A stretch of DNA of 64,000 bases, taken from assembly GCF_036321535.1 (NCBI RefSeq), contig NC_087437.1, forward strand, positions 56,670,001 to 56,734,000, in the 5' to 3' direction. Numbering within the stretch: the stretch's first letter is position 1; each line of letters begins with the position of its first letter. Shown here piece by piece: positions 37,758-50,265 of this stretch. The DNA is from Camelus dromedarius. Its lineage: Eukaryota. Below the pieces are notes generated by a model. That model was not told the DNA's origin. It was given only the letters and a program-made list of their open reading frames with translations, and made no database searches. The position numbers and the translations under genes are program-made.

Positions 37758-40700
37758 TCTTCCATGACAGAAGGGTGCATGCAGCCCACATACGGGGCAC
37801 CGCTAGAATGCCTGGTTCTGGTGGCCAGGCAGGATTGATTGAAAGTGAGGGCATGGAAAAAGATAATTATATACAAATGGAAATGGGCTGGAGCAGCTAC
37901 ACTCATATAAGACAAAACAGACTTCAAACAAAGACTCTAATAAAAGACAAAGAGGGGCATTACATTATGATAGAGTTATATTCAGCAAGAAGATATAGCA
38001 TATATAATTGTATATACACCCAACAAAGGAGCAACAAGATATATAAAGTGATATTAACAGAATTAAAGGGAGAAATTGAAAGCACTACAATAATAGTATA
38101 GGATTTTAATGCCCCATTTACATCAATAGATAGATCATCCAGTCAACACATCAATAAGAAAACATTGGATTTAAATGATACTTTAGGTCAAATAGACTTA
38201 ACAGATATTTACAGAACATTCTATCTAAAAAGCAGCAGATACTTCTCAAGTACACATGGAACATTCTCCAAGATTAATCACATGTTAGGTCATGAAACAA
38301 GTCTCAATAAATTGAAAAAAAAAACTGAAATCATATTAAGCTTCTTCTCCAGCCACAGTGGTATAAAACTAGAAAATCAGTCACATGAAAAAAAAAAGAA
38401 AATCCACAAAAATATGGAAACTAAATAACTTGCTACCAAACAACCAAAGGGTCATTGAAAAAATCAAAAGATGATCAAAAATATCTAGAGACAGATGAAA
38501 ACAGAATACAACATTTAAAAAAATTGTATGGGATGTAGCAAAAGCATTTCTAAGAGGGAAAAATCACAGAAATACAAGCTTATCTCAAGAAACAAGAAAA
38601 AATGTCTAATAAATAATCTAACTTTACACCTAAAGAGACTAGAAAAAGAAGAACAAAGCACAAAATTAGTAGATGGAAGGAATTAATAAAGAGAGAAAAA
38701 AATGAAATAGAGACTAAAAACACAAATAGAAAAGATCAATGAAATTAAGAGCTGGTTCTTTGAAAAGATAAACAAAATCAATAAACCTTTCTGTAGATCA
38801 ACCAAGAAAAAATGAGAAAAGACTCATATAAAATCAAAAATGAGAGAGAAGAAGTTACAACTGATACCACAGAAATACAAAGGATCATGAGACTACTATG
38901 AACACTTATATGCCAACAAAGTGGACAACCTAGAATAAATAAAGAAATTCCTAGAAACATTCAATATTCCAAGATTGAATTATAAAGAAGTAGAATATCT
39001 GAATAGACTGATTACTAGTAAGGAGATTGAAACACTAATCAAAAACCTCCCAACAAATGAAAGCCCATAACCAGATGGCTTCACTAGTGAATCCTACAAA
39101 ATGTCCAAAGAAGATTTAATAACTATCCTTCTCAGAATCTTCCCAAAAGTTGAAGAAGAGGGAAGTCTTCAAAAACATTTCATGAAGTCAGTATTAACCT
39201 GATACCAAAAGCAGACATGGACACCACAAAAATAAATAAATAAATTATACCTGCAGACCAATATGCATATTGATAAACACAAATGAAAGAATCCTCAAAA
39301 AAAATTAGCAAACTAAATTCAACAATACATTAAAAGAATCATACACATGATCAAATAGGATTTGTTCCAGGGATGCCAGAATGGTTCAAGATCTACAAAT
39401 CAATGTGATACATCATATTAACAAAATAATGAATAAAAATAAATGATCATCTCAATAGAGACAAAAAAAGCATTTGACAAAATTCAACATCCAATTATGA
39501 TAAAACCCTCAATAAACTGGGTATAGAGGGAATATACCTCAACATAATAAAGGTCATATGTGACAAACCCTCAGCTAACATACCCAATAGTGAAAAGGTG
39601 AAAAGTTTTCCTTTAAGATCAGGAACAAGACAATGATGCCCACTTTTGTCAATATAGTATCAGAAGTGCTAGCCACTGCAATTAGTCAAGAAGAATAAAT
39701 AAAAGGCATCCAGATTGGAAAGGAAGAGGTAAAACTGTCACTCTTTTCAGATGACATGATAATATATGTAGAAAACCCTAAAGATTCCATCAAAAAACTG
39801 TTAGAACTAATAAATGAATTTAGCAAAGTTGTAGGATACAAAACCAATATGTACAGAAATCTGTGGCATTTCTATAGATTAATAACCAACTATCAGAAAA
39901 ATAGATTATGAAACCAATCCCATTTTTAATTGTATCAAAAAGTATAAAATACCTAGGCATATTTTTAACCAAGGAGATGAAAGACCTCTACACTGAAAAC
40001 TATAAGACACTGATAGAAGAAATTGAAGAAGACACAGATAAATGGAAAGCTATTCCATGTTCATGGACTGGGATAGTAAATATCATTAAAATGGTCAAAG
40101 CAATCTACAAATTCAATATAATCCTTATCAATCTTCTAATGACATACTTCACAAAACTAGAATGAATAATTTTAAATTTTTTTAACATTTTTTATTGGTT
40201 TATAATCATATTACAATGTTGTGTCAAATTCCAGTGTTCAGCACAATTTTTCAGTTATTCATGGACATATACACACTCATTGTCACATTTTTTTCTCTGT
40301 GAGTTATCATAACATTTTGTGTATATTTCCCTGTGCTATACAGTGTAGTCTATTCTACAATTTTGAAATCCCAGTCTATCCCTTCCCACCCTCCACCCCC
40401 CGGTAACCACAAGTCTGTATTCTCTGTCTGTGAGTCTATTTCTGTCCTTTATTTACGCTTTGTTTTTGTTTGTTTGTTTGTTTTTGTTTTTGTTTTTTAG
40501 ATCCCACAAAACAAAAAACAAAAAAAAAACCAAAATTTTAAATTTTTATGGAAGCACAACAGACCCCGAATAGCTAAAAGAATCTTGAGAAAGAACAAAG
40601 CTAGAGGTATCACACTATTTGATTTCAAACTATACTACAAAGCTATAGTAATCAAAACAGTATGATATGGGCATAAAAACAGACACACAGATCAGTGGAA

Positions 40701-42040
40701 CAGAACTGAGAGTCCAGAAACAAACCCACACATATATGGACAATTAATTTATGATAAGGGAGCAAAGAACATACAATGGAGAAAAGATAGTTTCTTCAGT
40801 AAGTGGTATTGGGAAAACTGGACAGTCATGTTGCAAAAGAATAAAACTGGGCTACTTTTTTATACTACATGAAAATTAACTCAAGATAGATTAACGACTT
40901 GAATATAAGACCAAAAACCAGAAAATTCCTAGAAGAAAACATAGGTAGTAACATCAGTCTTAGCAAAGTTTTGGGATCTGACTCCAAAGGCAAAGAAAAT
41001 AAAAACAAAAATAAACAAGTGAGACTACATCAAACTAAAAAGCTTCTGCACAGTGAAGGAAACCATCATCAAAATGAAAAGGCAACCTACTGAATGGGAG
41101 AAGATATTTGCAAATCCTATATTCAATAAAGAGTTAGTATCCAAAATACATAAGGAACTCATAAAACTCAACAACAAACAACCTGCTTAAAAAATGAGCA
41201 GAGAATCTGAATAAACATTTTCAAAAATGACATAAAGATGGACAACAGGCACATGAAAATATTTTTATTATCTCTAATTATTAGGGGAATGCAAATCAAA
41301 TCCACAATGATATATCACCTCACACCTGTTACAATAGCTACTAATGAAAAGACAAGAAATAACAAAAGTTGGAGAGAATGTGGAGAAAATGGAACCCTTG
41401 AACACTGCTGGACTATAAGTTGGTACAGCCACTATGGAAAACAGACCAGAAGTTCCTCAAAAAATGAAAAATGAAACTACCTTATGACCCAACTATTCCA
41501 CTTCTGGGTATTTATCTAAAGAACATGAAAACAGTAATTTGACAAGATATATGCACCCCTATGTACACTGCAGCATTATTTACAATGTAAAGATAGGAAA
41601 AAAAACCAAGATGTGGAAACAGCCTGTGTCCATTGATGGATGAATGGATGGAGGAGATGTGTTATACATACACAATGCATTACTACTCAGTCATAAAAAC
41701 AATGAAATCCTGTCATTTGGAATAACATGCATGGACCTTGAAGGTATTATGCTAAGTGAAATAAACCAGACAAAGACAAACACATTATGATTTCACTTAT
41801 ATGTGGAATCAAAAAACAGAAATAAGATATAAACAAATTCATAGATACAGGGATGAGATTAATGGTCACCAGAAGGGAAGGGGCTTGGGGGTGGGAAAAG
41901 TGGGTGAAGGGGATCAATTGTATGGTGGTGAATAGTAACTAGACTTGTGGTGGTGATCGCTTTGTAGTGTATACAGATATGGAATTATAATGCTGAATAC
42001 CTGAAACTTACATAATTTTTTTAAAAAACCTTAAAAAAAG
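37758..42040 (+). mobile_element. LINE-1, inactive: short 5'UTR-like piece, ORF2 (EN-RT-Cys domains, many stops/frameshifts), 3'UTR and A-rich tail
   Basis: ORF-track fragments are typical L1 ORF2 ([60 protein letters not shown]). The RT catalytic motif reads LFSDDMI at 39741-39761, and the GTRQGCPL motif carries a TGA stop at 39634-39636. G-rich 3'UTR tract at 41875-41912. Confidence 0.97.
40182..40533 (-). mobile_element. Younger 5'-truncated L1 3'UTR fragment nested in the large L1
   Basis: Interrupts ORF2 in antisense. Perfect 14-bp TSD AATTTTAAATTTTT at 40168-40181 and 40534-40547. Reverse complement closely resembles 11210-11408. Confidence 0.92.
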
Positions 42041-45000
42041 TCACATAATGCTTACAGGCATATCACAGCTTGCTGAGGGGTTGGGATAGCTAACTGACAT
42101 AAGGGAGATTAACAATCATAACTGCACTATATTTGACTTTCCCATGATCAGAATGTGAAGTATCGGAGGGTTGTGCTTTTCACTGAGGGCATCTCACGGA
42201 GGTCTCCAGTCCCCATCTGGATCGTCTGTCTTCAGATACTTACTAGTTGGAAAGAAACCACACACACAACTTTGAACTTCCATTCTATGAGTCCTACTTT
42301 ATCTTTGTAAGTAAGCCTACTAGGTACCCATTAGAATTGGTTTCCCTCTGGATCGATTCTTATTTCTTGAAAATCTTAGTTATTCATTAAAGAACACACT
42401 CCACGGGTGTCACCAAGACAGTGAACAGTGCCTTTGGCATCCCAAGACCCACAGGATAGTCCAGGGTTGTAAGGTTGCTTAGATACCGCAAGACTTGGAG
42501 AGCATTTCAGAGCAGGCATGAACATGCCAAGTCCGCTTTTTTGGAAGTATGAGCTGCACACAATTTTGGTTTTCTTCATGTTCAGTTGGTAAACCATTTG
42601 ATCTCTTCCAAACATACATATACTTACATAAGTGCACATCACCTCTCAAAGACATGTATAGGAAAAGCATGTAAACATGTTTTGTGCAAAACATTTTCCT
42701 AAGTGCCTAACAAATGTGTGAGATCATCTGCAATATAATGTAGTTGGTATTTCATAAAGTTATTTAGATTATTAGCATTTTGCATTTCCCTCACTCCTAC
42801 TTCCATTCTCAGATTGCACATTTGTGCCAGAATTAAGAAATAAGCCTTTTTCCTGGGCCAAATACTACGTGAGGATTTCTACTTTAGCTGTGAATACACC
42901 AAGCTAAAGATTTTTAAATGCCACTGATTAAGAGCTTAAATTATTAGGTAAGACTTATTCTCATAGTTTCTGCTGGTGGTGGGGAAGAGAGGAATGTTTG
43001 GGGAGGGAAAGGTATGTTCTTTAGTTAACTGCTATTACTGTTATTGCTGTAATTTTTTCATCATAGTTGTCATCATGATTTATTGTAAAACCAATACACT
43101 TCCCATACTATAAAATTTTTATGTAATAATTTATATTCAGGTTAACACTTTATTCTTGTATTTTTCCCTCTTTATGTATTTCATACATATGAATATGCTT
43201 AGAAATCTGTATATGGTGTTAACTGAGTGGGATTCAAGAGATTTATACCCTAATTACTTGACTTGGCATGACAAAGAAGGAATAAATATTCTAATAACCC
43301 CCATGAACATAGGCATCAAATATGGTGATGAGGGAGACTGAGAGAGTAAGAGACAAAAAGAGACAGAGAGAGAGAATCAAATGCCAAGATTTGACATGAA
43401 ATGATGAGGCATTCACCCTAAATAAAGCCAAGGTCTTGTATCAGTTTTAAATCAAATAGCTATCAGCTAAAAGAATTTGTTCACCCAAAGCCAAACCAAT
43501 GAAAACCAAATGGATTAGACTGGATGAACGCCATCTTCACTTCAACACTTCAAGTGAAGTTATTCAGGCTTTTGCATTTCAGGTACACTCCTAAAAATAT
43601 TGTGGCACGAGAAGCAAGATCTCAAAAATTAGACTCTGCTTCTAGAAACTTTGGCAACTAATCACGCCTTCTTTTGAAAAGTAGGGTTTTCTCCTGTTTT
43701 CTCCTACATAAAATGTGTTTTATTGCAATTTGCAAAACGGCCATCGCTTTAAATTAAATCATTGTTTATCAAGGGAAAGTTAATTGAAAAACATGCTTTT
43801 CTAACTAAATGGAAGCCTGCATCATGCAGGCAATAAACATTCTTGCTTGAAAGGAATTCTTGCTCCTTCTTCTAAGACTGCCATGGGAATAAAATTGAAA
43901 AAAGGGTTGGGGAGGAGGAGAAAAAAAGCCCCGCACAGCCCTGAAGTTGTGTCTGGCTCAGGAGCCAAATGGGATTTTGAAGCCCAAAAGTTTTCTATTC
44001 ACTTCTAAATTTAGCATCCACAAATTTCCCTTTTGGCAAATCATGTTCTCCAGACCCAAGTGCAAGGCATTTTTGAGGAATGCTGTGTCAGTTGCTCCTT
44101 GTTAACAACATTAGCTAATCTGCCCCACTGGACGTTTGGCAAAATTTTATTTTATAGTTCCTGGATGCCCATGCAGTGTAGGGTGAAAGTCAAAGGAAGC
44201 AATTCGTCCGTAGTACTAGTACAGGAAATGGGGAATGGAAAGATTTTCAAATGCAAAGCATCTGTGGGTCAGCACTCAGGGGAAGGTAGCCTTTCCGACA
44301 CAGATCTATTCCTAAAAGGGTCACTATCTTTTCATTCTTTGCCTCTTCTCTTGGTGATAGGGTCAATTTCCTGCAGATAGAATTTTACACACCCTCCTTT
44401 GTGCCCCCACAGCATTTTTCTTGAACCCTTGTAGCTGTAGATTATCAAAGTCCTGCCTTGTAAGGTTGATTGCTTTTTAGGTCTATTTCATCCACTTTTC
44501 AGCGAACTCTTGGTTTTATTAATCCCTAGAACCCTCACAGAGCGTACCAGGGGGCTTGACCTACAGTTTCTGCTCTGGAAATATTTCATAATGAATGAAA
44601 ATGACTGTTTTCCCCTTCCTCCTATTTATCAATCACCAATGACCCACTTGGTGGTTAGAGTGGAGAAGGTGGTTCATAAGTAATGTCCATTCACAAATCT
44701 ATAAGCTAGTGTGATCTCTGTACTTGGAGCAAAATGTGGCTGGAGGAAGGCAAACACTGACATTTTTGAGCATCTCCTTAGTGCCAGGCTCATTATTTCA
44801 TTTAATCTTCCCCCAAATCTTGTAAATATATAATACACTTCCATTGTTTTAAGAGAGCAAGCTAAAGTTCAAAGGCGCAAAATCACTTGACCCAAACATG
44901 CAACTATTTTATGCGATGTGGGATTCAAGCGTAGGTACCTGACTCTAAAGCATATGATTTATCTACTAAACATAATGTGGAAGTGGAAAACCTTGTTTGG

Positions 45001-45899
45001 TCATTGACAGGTAAGCATCATAATCAGTCCACTATGAGAGAAAATTATATGCAAGTGAATTTACACTGACTAGGAATCTTGCCTGAATTATTTCCATATC
45101 AGCAGAACTTTTTCTTTTTAATTTGAATCCCAAACCTGCATTAGAGTGGGAATCAAATTTTACACATTTAATTGCTTAGAATTTAATTAAGTGAATAAAA
45201 TCTACCTTACCTTTTTATGAGACAATTCTTTTTAACATTTACTCGACAAAATAACACTATTTTGTGGAACCTGATTACTTAGCATGTGTTCAGTAAAACA
45301 CAGCTTTTTTTAGCATTCCGGAAATAATCCAATCAGAAGTTTCTAAAAGACCGTATAACATAAGGACACTCGTCAGAAATCCCCTCACTTATACAGCATA
45401 GAGGAGGTGCTCTTTCCTTGAGAATTCTAGAGCTTTTACCCAAAAAGAGTCTGCTTCTCAACGGTTGAGTTAGGTTTCTACCAACAATCAATGCATTCTT
45501 ATACCATCCATTTAGGTGACTACAGATTACTTCATAGTTGATATATTTGTACAAAATATAAGCAAAATGCACTTAGCTATACACATACATACAATCTTTC
45601 CATTGTAGACTCATATGGAAATTAAACAGATTATTCAGAGGTCATACAGCAGAAGTTAGAGATCTAAAACTGTCCAGATGTTGGCTAAAACTTCTGTTCA
45701 TTCTGCCTAGTTTTGTTCAAAATTCAATCTGTATAATAACTCTGATACTAGGACCCTTGTATAAGTCATAATATATGATAATCTCCTTGTGAATTAGAGT
45801 AAGTTTCACTTTTTATAAACGCTCATTGAAGCTCACAGAAGTTTAGTGATATTTTTTTTTCCTTTTAAGAAGGTGGAAGATGTTTGGATAAATGGGTCA

Positions 45900-46110
45900 A
45901 TCATGCATTCTCAACAGGGCAGTATCGCCCTCAGCAGGTAAAATTTGATTCTTGAGGGGACAAAACAATCTTAATTTTTAATGCATAAATTCAGATATAG
46001 ATACAGTATATGAACAGATAAGCAGTATATCTATGGTATTTAAAATTTTATCAAAGGATAATTCAGAAAAGCTTTCTTAAAAGGCTCCTTGAGATGCAGC
46101 AATTTTTTTA
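45900..46110. mobile_element. Possible hAT-Charlie-type MER DNA transposon remnant
   Basis: CATTCTCAACAGGGCAGTATCGCCC start resembles hAT-Charlie termini as recalled; second TIR and 8-bp TSD not identified. Confidence 0.35.
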
Positions 46111-47938
46111 AAGTATAAAAACAGGGAGAGATACTGGGGTAGCATGTGACATACACATTCAGATAGTTTACTGTGTATAATTATGTTGCTATTTTTTCAT
46201 TCTTTGGGAGACAATATTTTTTCCCAAGCTTTGATGAAGGGTTGAGGATTAAACTCACCCTGTGCTGGAAGACAAGTAAACGAGTTTCAGTTGCTATAAA
46301 GTAATGCTCCGGTCCCAGTGGATTGCCAAGGTTTATTGTGAAAGAGTAATGAGTGTATTGGGTTTGAGTAGGGAATTACCTCCGAGGAATGCAAAGGAGG
46401 TCAGAAGATGGAATGAAGAATTAAATAAAAAGTGTTACTAAAGGGGAGCCTCGGCTCAGGAGCTGAACTGAGAAAAATTTGCTCAAAATGAGAGATTTGC
46501 AGTCCATTAAGAGCCAAAAAAATGGATCTAATACAAGAGCTCTGTAAGAGATGACGTTCAAGAGGCCAGGAGCCAACTGGAGCTGCTTTTCCTGTTTGAA
46601 ACACAGTGTATCCTGCTTATCTGACATTCTCTTCCTTTCTTCTTTACCTGTGAACTCTTTCTTATCCTTCAAGAACCAGCGGGAATGTTCCTCCATGAAA
46701 CATTCCCACACCCATGCAGTAAACTCTAATTTCTGACTAGTATGTGACTACCCTGTAATATTCACTTGAGAGAGCATTTATCACATCTCATTTATACCTA
46801 AAGAGAGTGACTTTCTTAATATGTGAGCTGTTGGGTTTTTTTTTTTTTTTAATTTATCTTGGATTGTTTGTTGACTACCACACACCTTATACTTAGTAGA
46901 TAAGTAAGACATGCTCCACATTGGTACCTGAGCAAGTTAAATCAATCATGGGCAGTGGGAATTAGGTTTAGTCCCAAACTCCCTAATCTATCCACATGAG
47001 TCTGTTGAATTGAGTGCTGTTAAATCCAAGGTCTTAAAGAAGGAAAGAGACCTGTCTTTTTTGGATGGTGCAGACAGCACAGCAAATAGGGACAGCAACT
47101 CCCTGGCCCTTCAGGCAGGACACCTGTAGTCTGGAAACTGCCCTGCAGAATGAATATAGCTGGTGATGAGTACAGTGTCAATACTTTCTCCTGGAGTATG
47201 TGCTTCTGGGTCCCCATTCTCAGTTATATATTTGAAATGGAGAGCTTAGGAATTCGGTTGCCCTTCAAAGCATCATCCTTATGACAGTGTCCTACGTAAT
47301 AAAATTGGAGTTCATTTCCCTCTTCTTCCTGCTACTCTTGTATGCTGTAAGGACACGATTTTCACTGAAGTATTTCTTCAAATTTTTAAGTCACAGGTAG
47401 GGGATTTTTTTTTCTTATCTCTGGCTTTTTGATTGAAAGAGTATTTCTTGTAAAATATGGTCCTAATTTTTATTGACCCTTGCCTAACTGAGGTCGGTGA
47501 AACAAACTTAAGGAAGAAAGGAATTAAAATCATCCTGCAGTCAGAAATTCTTAGGAATGTATTATTATATGTTTTCCCCCACAAACTTGATATTTGTTCT
47601 ATTTTCTTTACCCAAAATGGAAAATCACAAATGATTTTTTAAAAGTTCCCTACAATATACCAATTTAGAGCACAAATAGAAAATTCAGCCTGGGGAGGGA
47701 AATACAGAATTCAAGTTAATAGTCACAGATGGGGAAGAAAAGAGGGAAATATAATCAAAGTTGAGTACAAGTTTGTAATTTTCTTCCTTTAATAAAGATC
47801 TGAGCAAATGTTAGTACTTAGTAAACCTAAGTGATCGGGTCACAGATATGGCTATACTACTATCAGTTATTGCCTGTGTGTAAAATATCTAACCATAAAG
47901 AATAAAGTTTTTAATAAAAAATCCCCTAGACAGTGTAC

Positions 47939-48458
47939 TGTAACCAGTACTGATACTTGTCTATGCCATGGCCATTGAATCGACTTCTTTCTACCTAACA
48001 AAGCCCTTAATTTTTTTCACCCTCCTTTGAGCAACCTTGTCATTCAGGTGGTCTGGGACTCTCCTTGTCTGTAGAAAATGAAACTGATCATCTTCTTGCT
48101 AATGACTGCTTTAGGCAAAGGCATGCAATGCACTTTGGGCCAATGAGAGGGGAGGGGCAGCAGAGGGAATTCTGGGAAAGTTTTCAAGATTTTAAATGGA
48201 GACACATGAAAAGCGTTCTCTCTTTTCTACTTCTGGAAACTCTGCTGTCATCCTGATACCTTGGGACCCCAGCCTGGTGGCTAGTGAACATATGGAGAAG
48301 GCAGAGTAGAAAGATGGGGAAAGGAGTTACTTAATCACTGAATTAACTAACCATGTAACTCTTGTCTTTACACTTCTTGTAATGTGAGGTGTCAAATATT
48401 CTTACACTTTAAGCCATATTTTTTCATTGAGATAACTAAAAACTTCCTAACTGATACA
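47939..48458 (+). mobile_element. Ancient MaLR LTR (MLT1J/K-like)
   Basis: GGCATG..TTTGGGCCAATGAGA, TTCTGGGAAAGTTTTC, TTTAAGCCA, terminal CCTAACTGATACA. Confidence 0.65.
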
Positions 48459-50027
48459 TAGTTGTTTGTTGACTTATTTTTCTTCTGGATTGTCTACCTA
48501 GGATAAATTCCCAACAGTAGAGAGATTACTCTTGATGCTCTTAGAATATATTTTAAAATGACTTCCCAATATAACTTTAAAATTTGACTACCTAGGAAAA
48601 TGCAAAGACTATAAAAAATAATGACCCTAATAATAATCTTTGTGGGTAGCAAACTGTGTGAAAAACGGTTAAGCTATTGATCTTCTATCCAGGAAAAACA
48701 TCACAGATGAGACTGAATTCACGACACTGTCTAAAATTTCAGGCACACATTTGCCTGCGGGAGCCAGTTCATTGTCTGTGAATTGTGAGTTAAGTATCCC
48801 TGATACAGAACTTTAAATGATGTAAAATACTTCCATATCAGTTATTTCATCTAATAATTGGATATGCTGAATTTTAAGAAAATTTCATGCCAGCTCTTAT
48901 TTTTATTTGTTAGTGTCTTTTCTATCCGAGCAATAGTTTGGGCTTTGAAGTTAATGTAATATAACCTCTTTCCTCAAAATCAAAACTGTTTTATCCTTCT
49001 GCCTTGTTTTATATTTTTCAACTTCTTTGAACTTTCTAGTCAAAAATTGCTTGTGTGGGTACTAAGACTTCTTTCTCTATTTGTAAGTTGAAGACAGTGG
49101 CTCTGGAATTGTTGGCAAACACCAAGCATTTTTAATTATCATTAGCAAATTGTTGTGAACAGAGCAGATAAAAGAGCCTCTGGTTGTCAGAGCCATTAAT
49201 GCTGACTGAAATAGACTGTGCGGGCCCGTGGTGCAAGTTTGTTTGTTTTGAAGCATTCAATGCTGTAAGGAATGAAGGCCAGCCTTTCTCATTGCCATGG
49301 CAATACCTAGGTCTTCCTGTGTACATGATGAGTAAAATATGATCTGACAACGAAAACATTAGCCTGGTCCAAAATTGTACTGGAATAAATAAACAGGCGC
49401 GGGGAGGCAGGAATGAAAAGGCGCTTGTACTTCTGAACACTTAACCAATCCAGTCTCCTTGTAGCCATCAAAACAGACATTATACAGACACCCCCATCCC
49501 AACCTTCACATATTTATTCCCATGCACTAATATCTATTAAATATTCAGAGCCTGTTTGAATGATCTCTTCAGTCTTTTTTCCTGACTGTACTGGTGAAGA
49601 CCTTTTTGTCTTTCTCATTGACTCCTTTTGTTCTTAATAGAGAGGTTCTTAACTAACACAACCAAAATGACAGTGAACCAAGCTATGTGGGGACAATAAG
49701 AAAATACAAAGGATGAAAAACAGTTGAGCGTTTACCATGCACATGATGCAATACTAAATCCCTGTGTATGTGATATCACTTAATTCTTTAAACAACTCTG
49801 TAACGTAGGAATTACACACATTTTACAGAGAAGATTGTAGTTTAGGTAGATAATCCAAGCTCATACAACTACATACAACAAAACAAAGGTTAAAATCCAG
49901 GTCCACAGAATACTGAGTTTCTACATTTAAATATATATGTGTGCATTCTACATCTTACATCTATTAAATGAATATGAATATTTCTCTCCCTTCTCCTTTT
50001 TTTATTTCCACTTTTGTATCAAAACTT

Positions 50028-50265
50028 TTTTTTTTTCAGTTGTGGTATAACTGAGATGTAACATTACATTAGTTCCAGGTGTATGACATAAAGATTAGAT
50101 ATTTGTACACATTGCAAAATGATGACCACATTAAATCTAGTTAATATCCATCACCACACAAAAATTTTTTCTGGTGATGACAACTTTTAAGATTTACTCT
50201 CTTAACAACTTTCAAATATGCAATACAGAATTATTAACTATAGTCACTATGCTGTCCATTACATC
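50028..50265 (-). mobile_element. L1 3' end fragment
   Basis: Poly-T, GGTATAACTGAGATGTAACATTACATTAGTTCCAGGTGTA, TTTAAGATTTACTCTCTTAACAACTTTCAAATATGCAATACAG. Confidence 0.8.

Noticed and set aside
37837..41640. Active or domesticated L1 ORF2
   Set aside because: Many frameshifts and stops, a stop in the QG motif, a nested insertion and no ORF1.
45000..45020. Isolated strong splice donor CAG|GTAAGC (a similar CAG|GTGAGT lies on minus near 63222)
   Set aside because: No matching acceptor or coding frame at a plausible distance; expected by chance in 64 kb.
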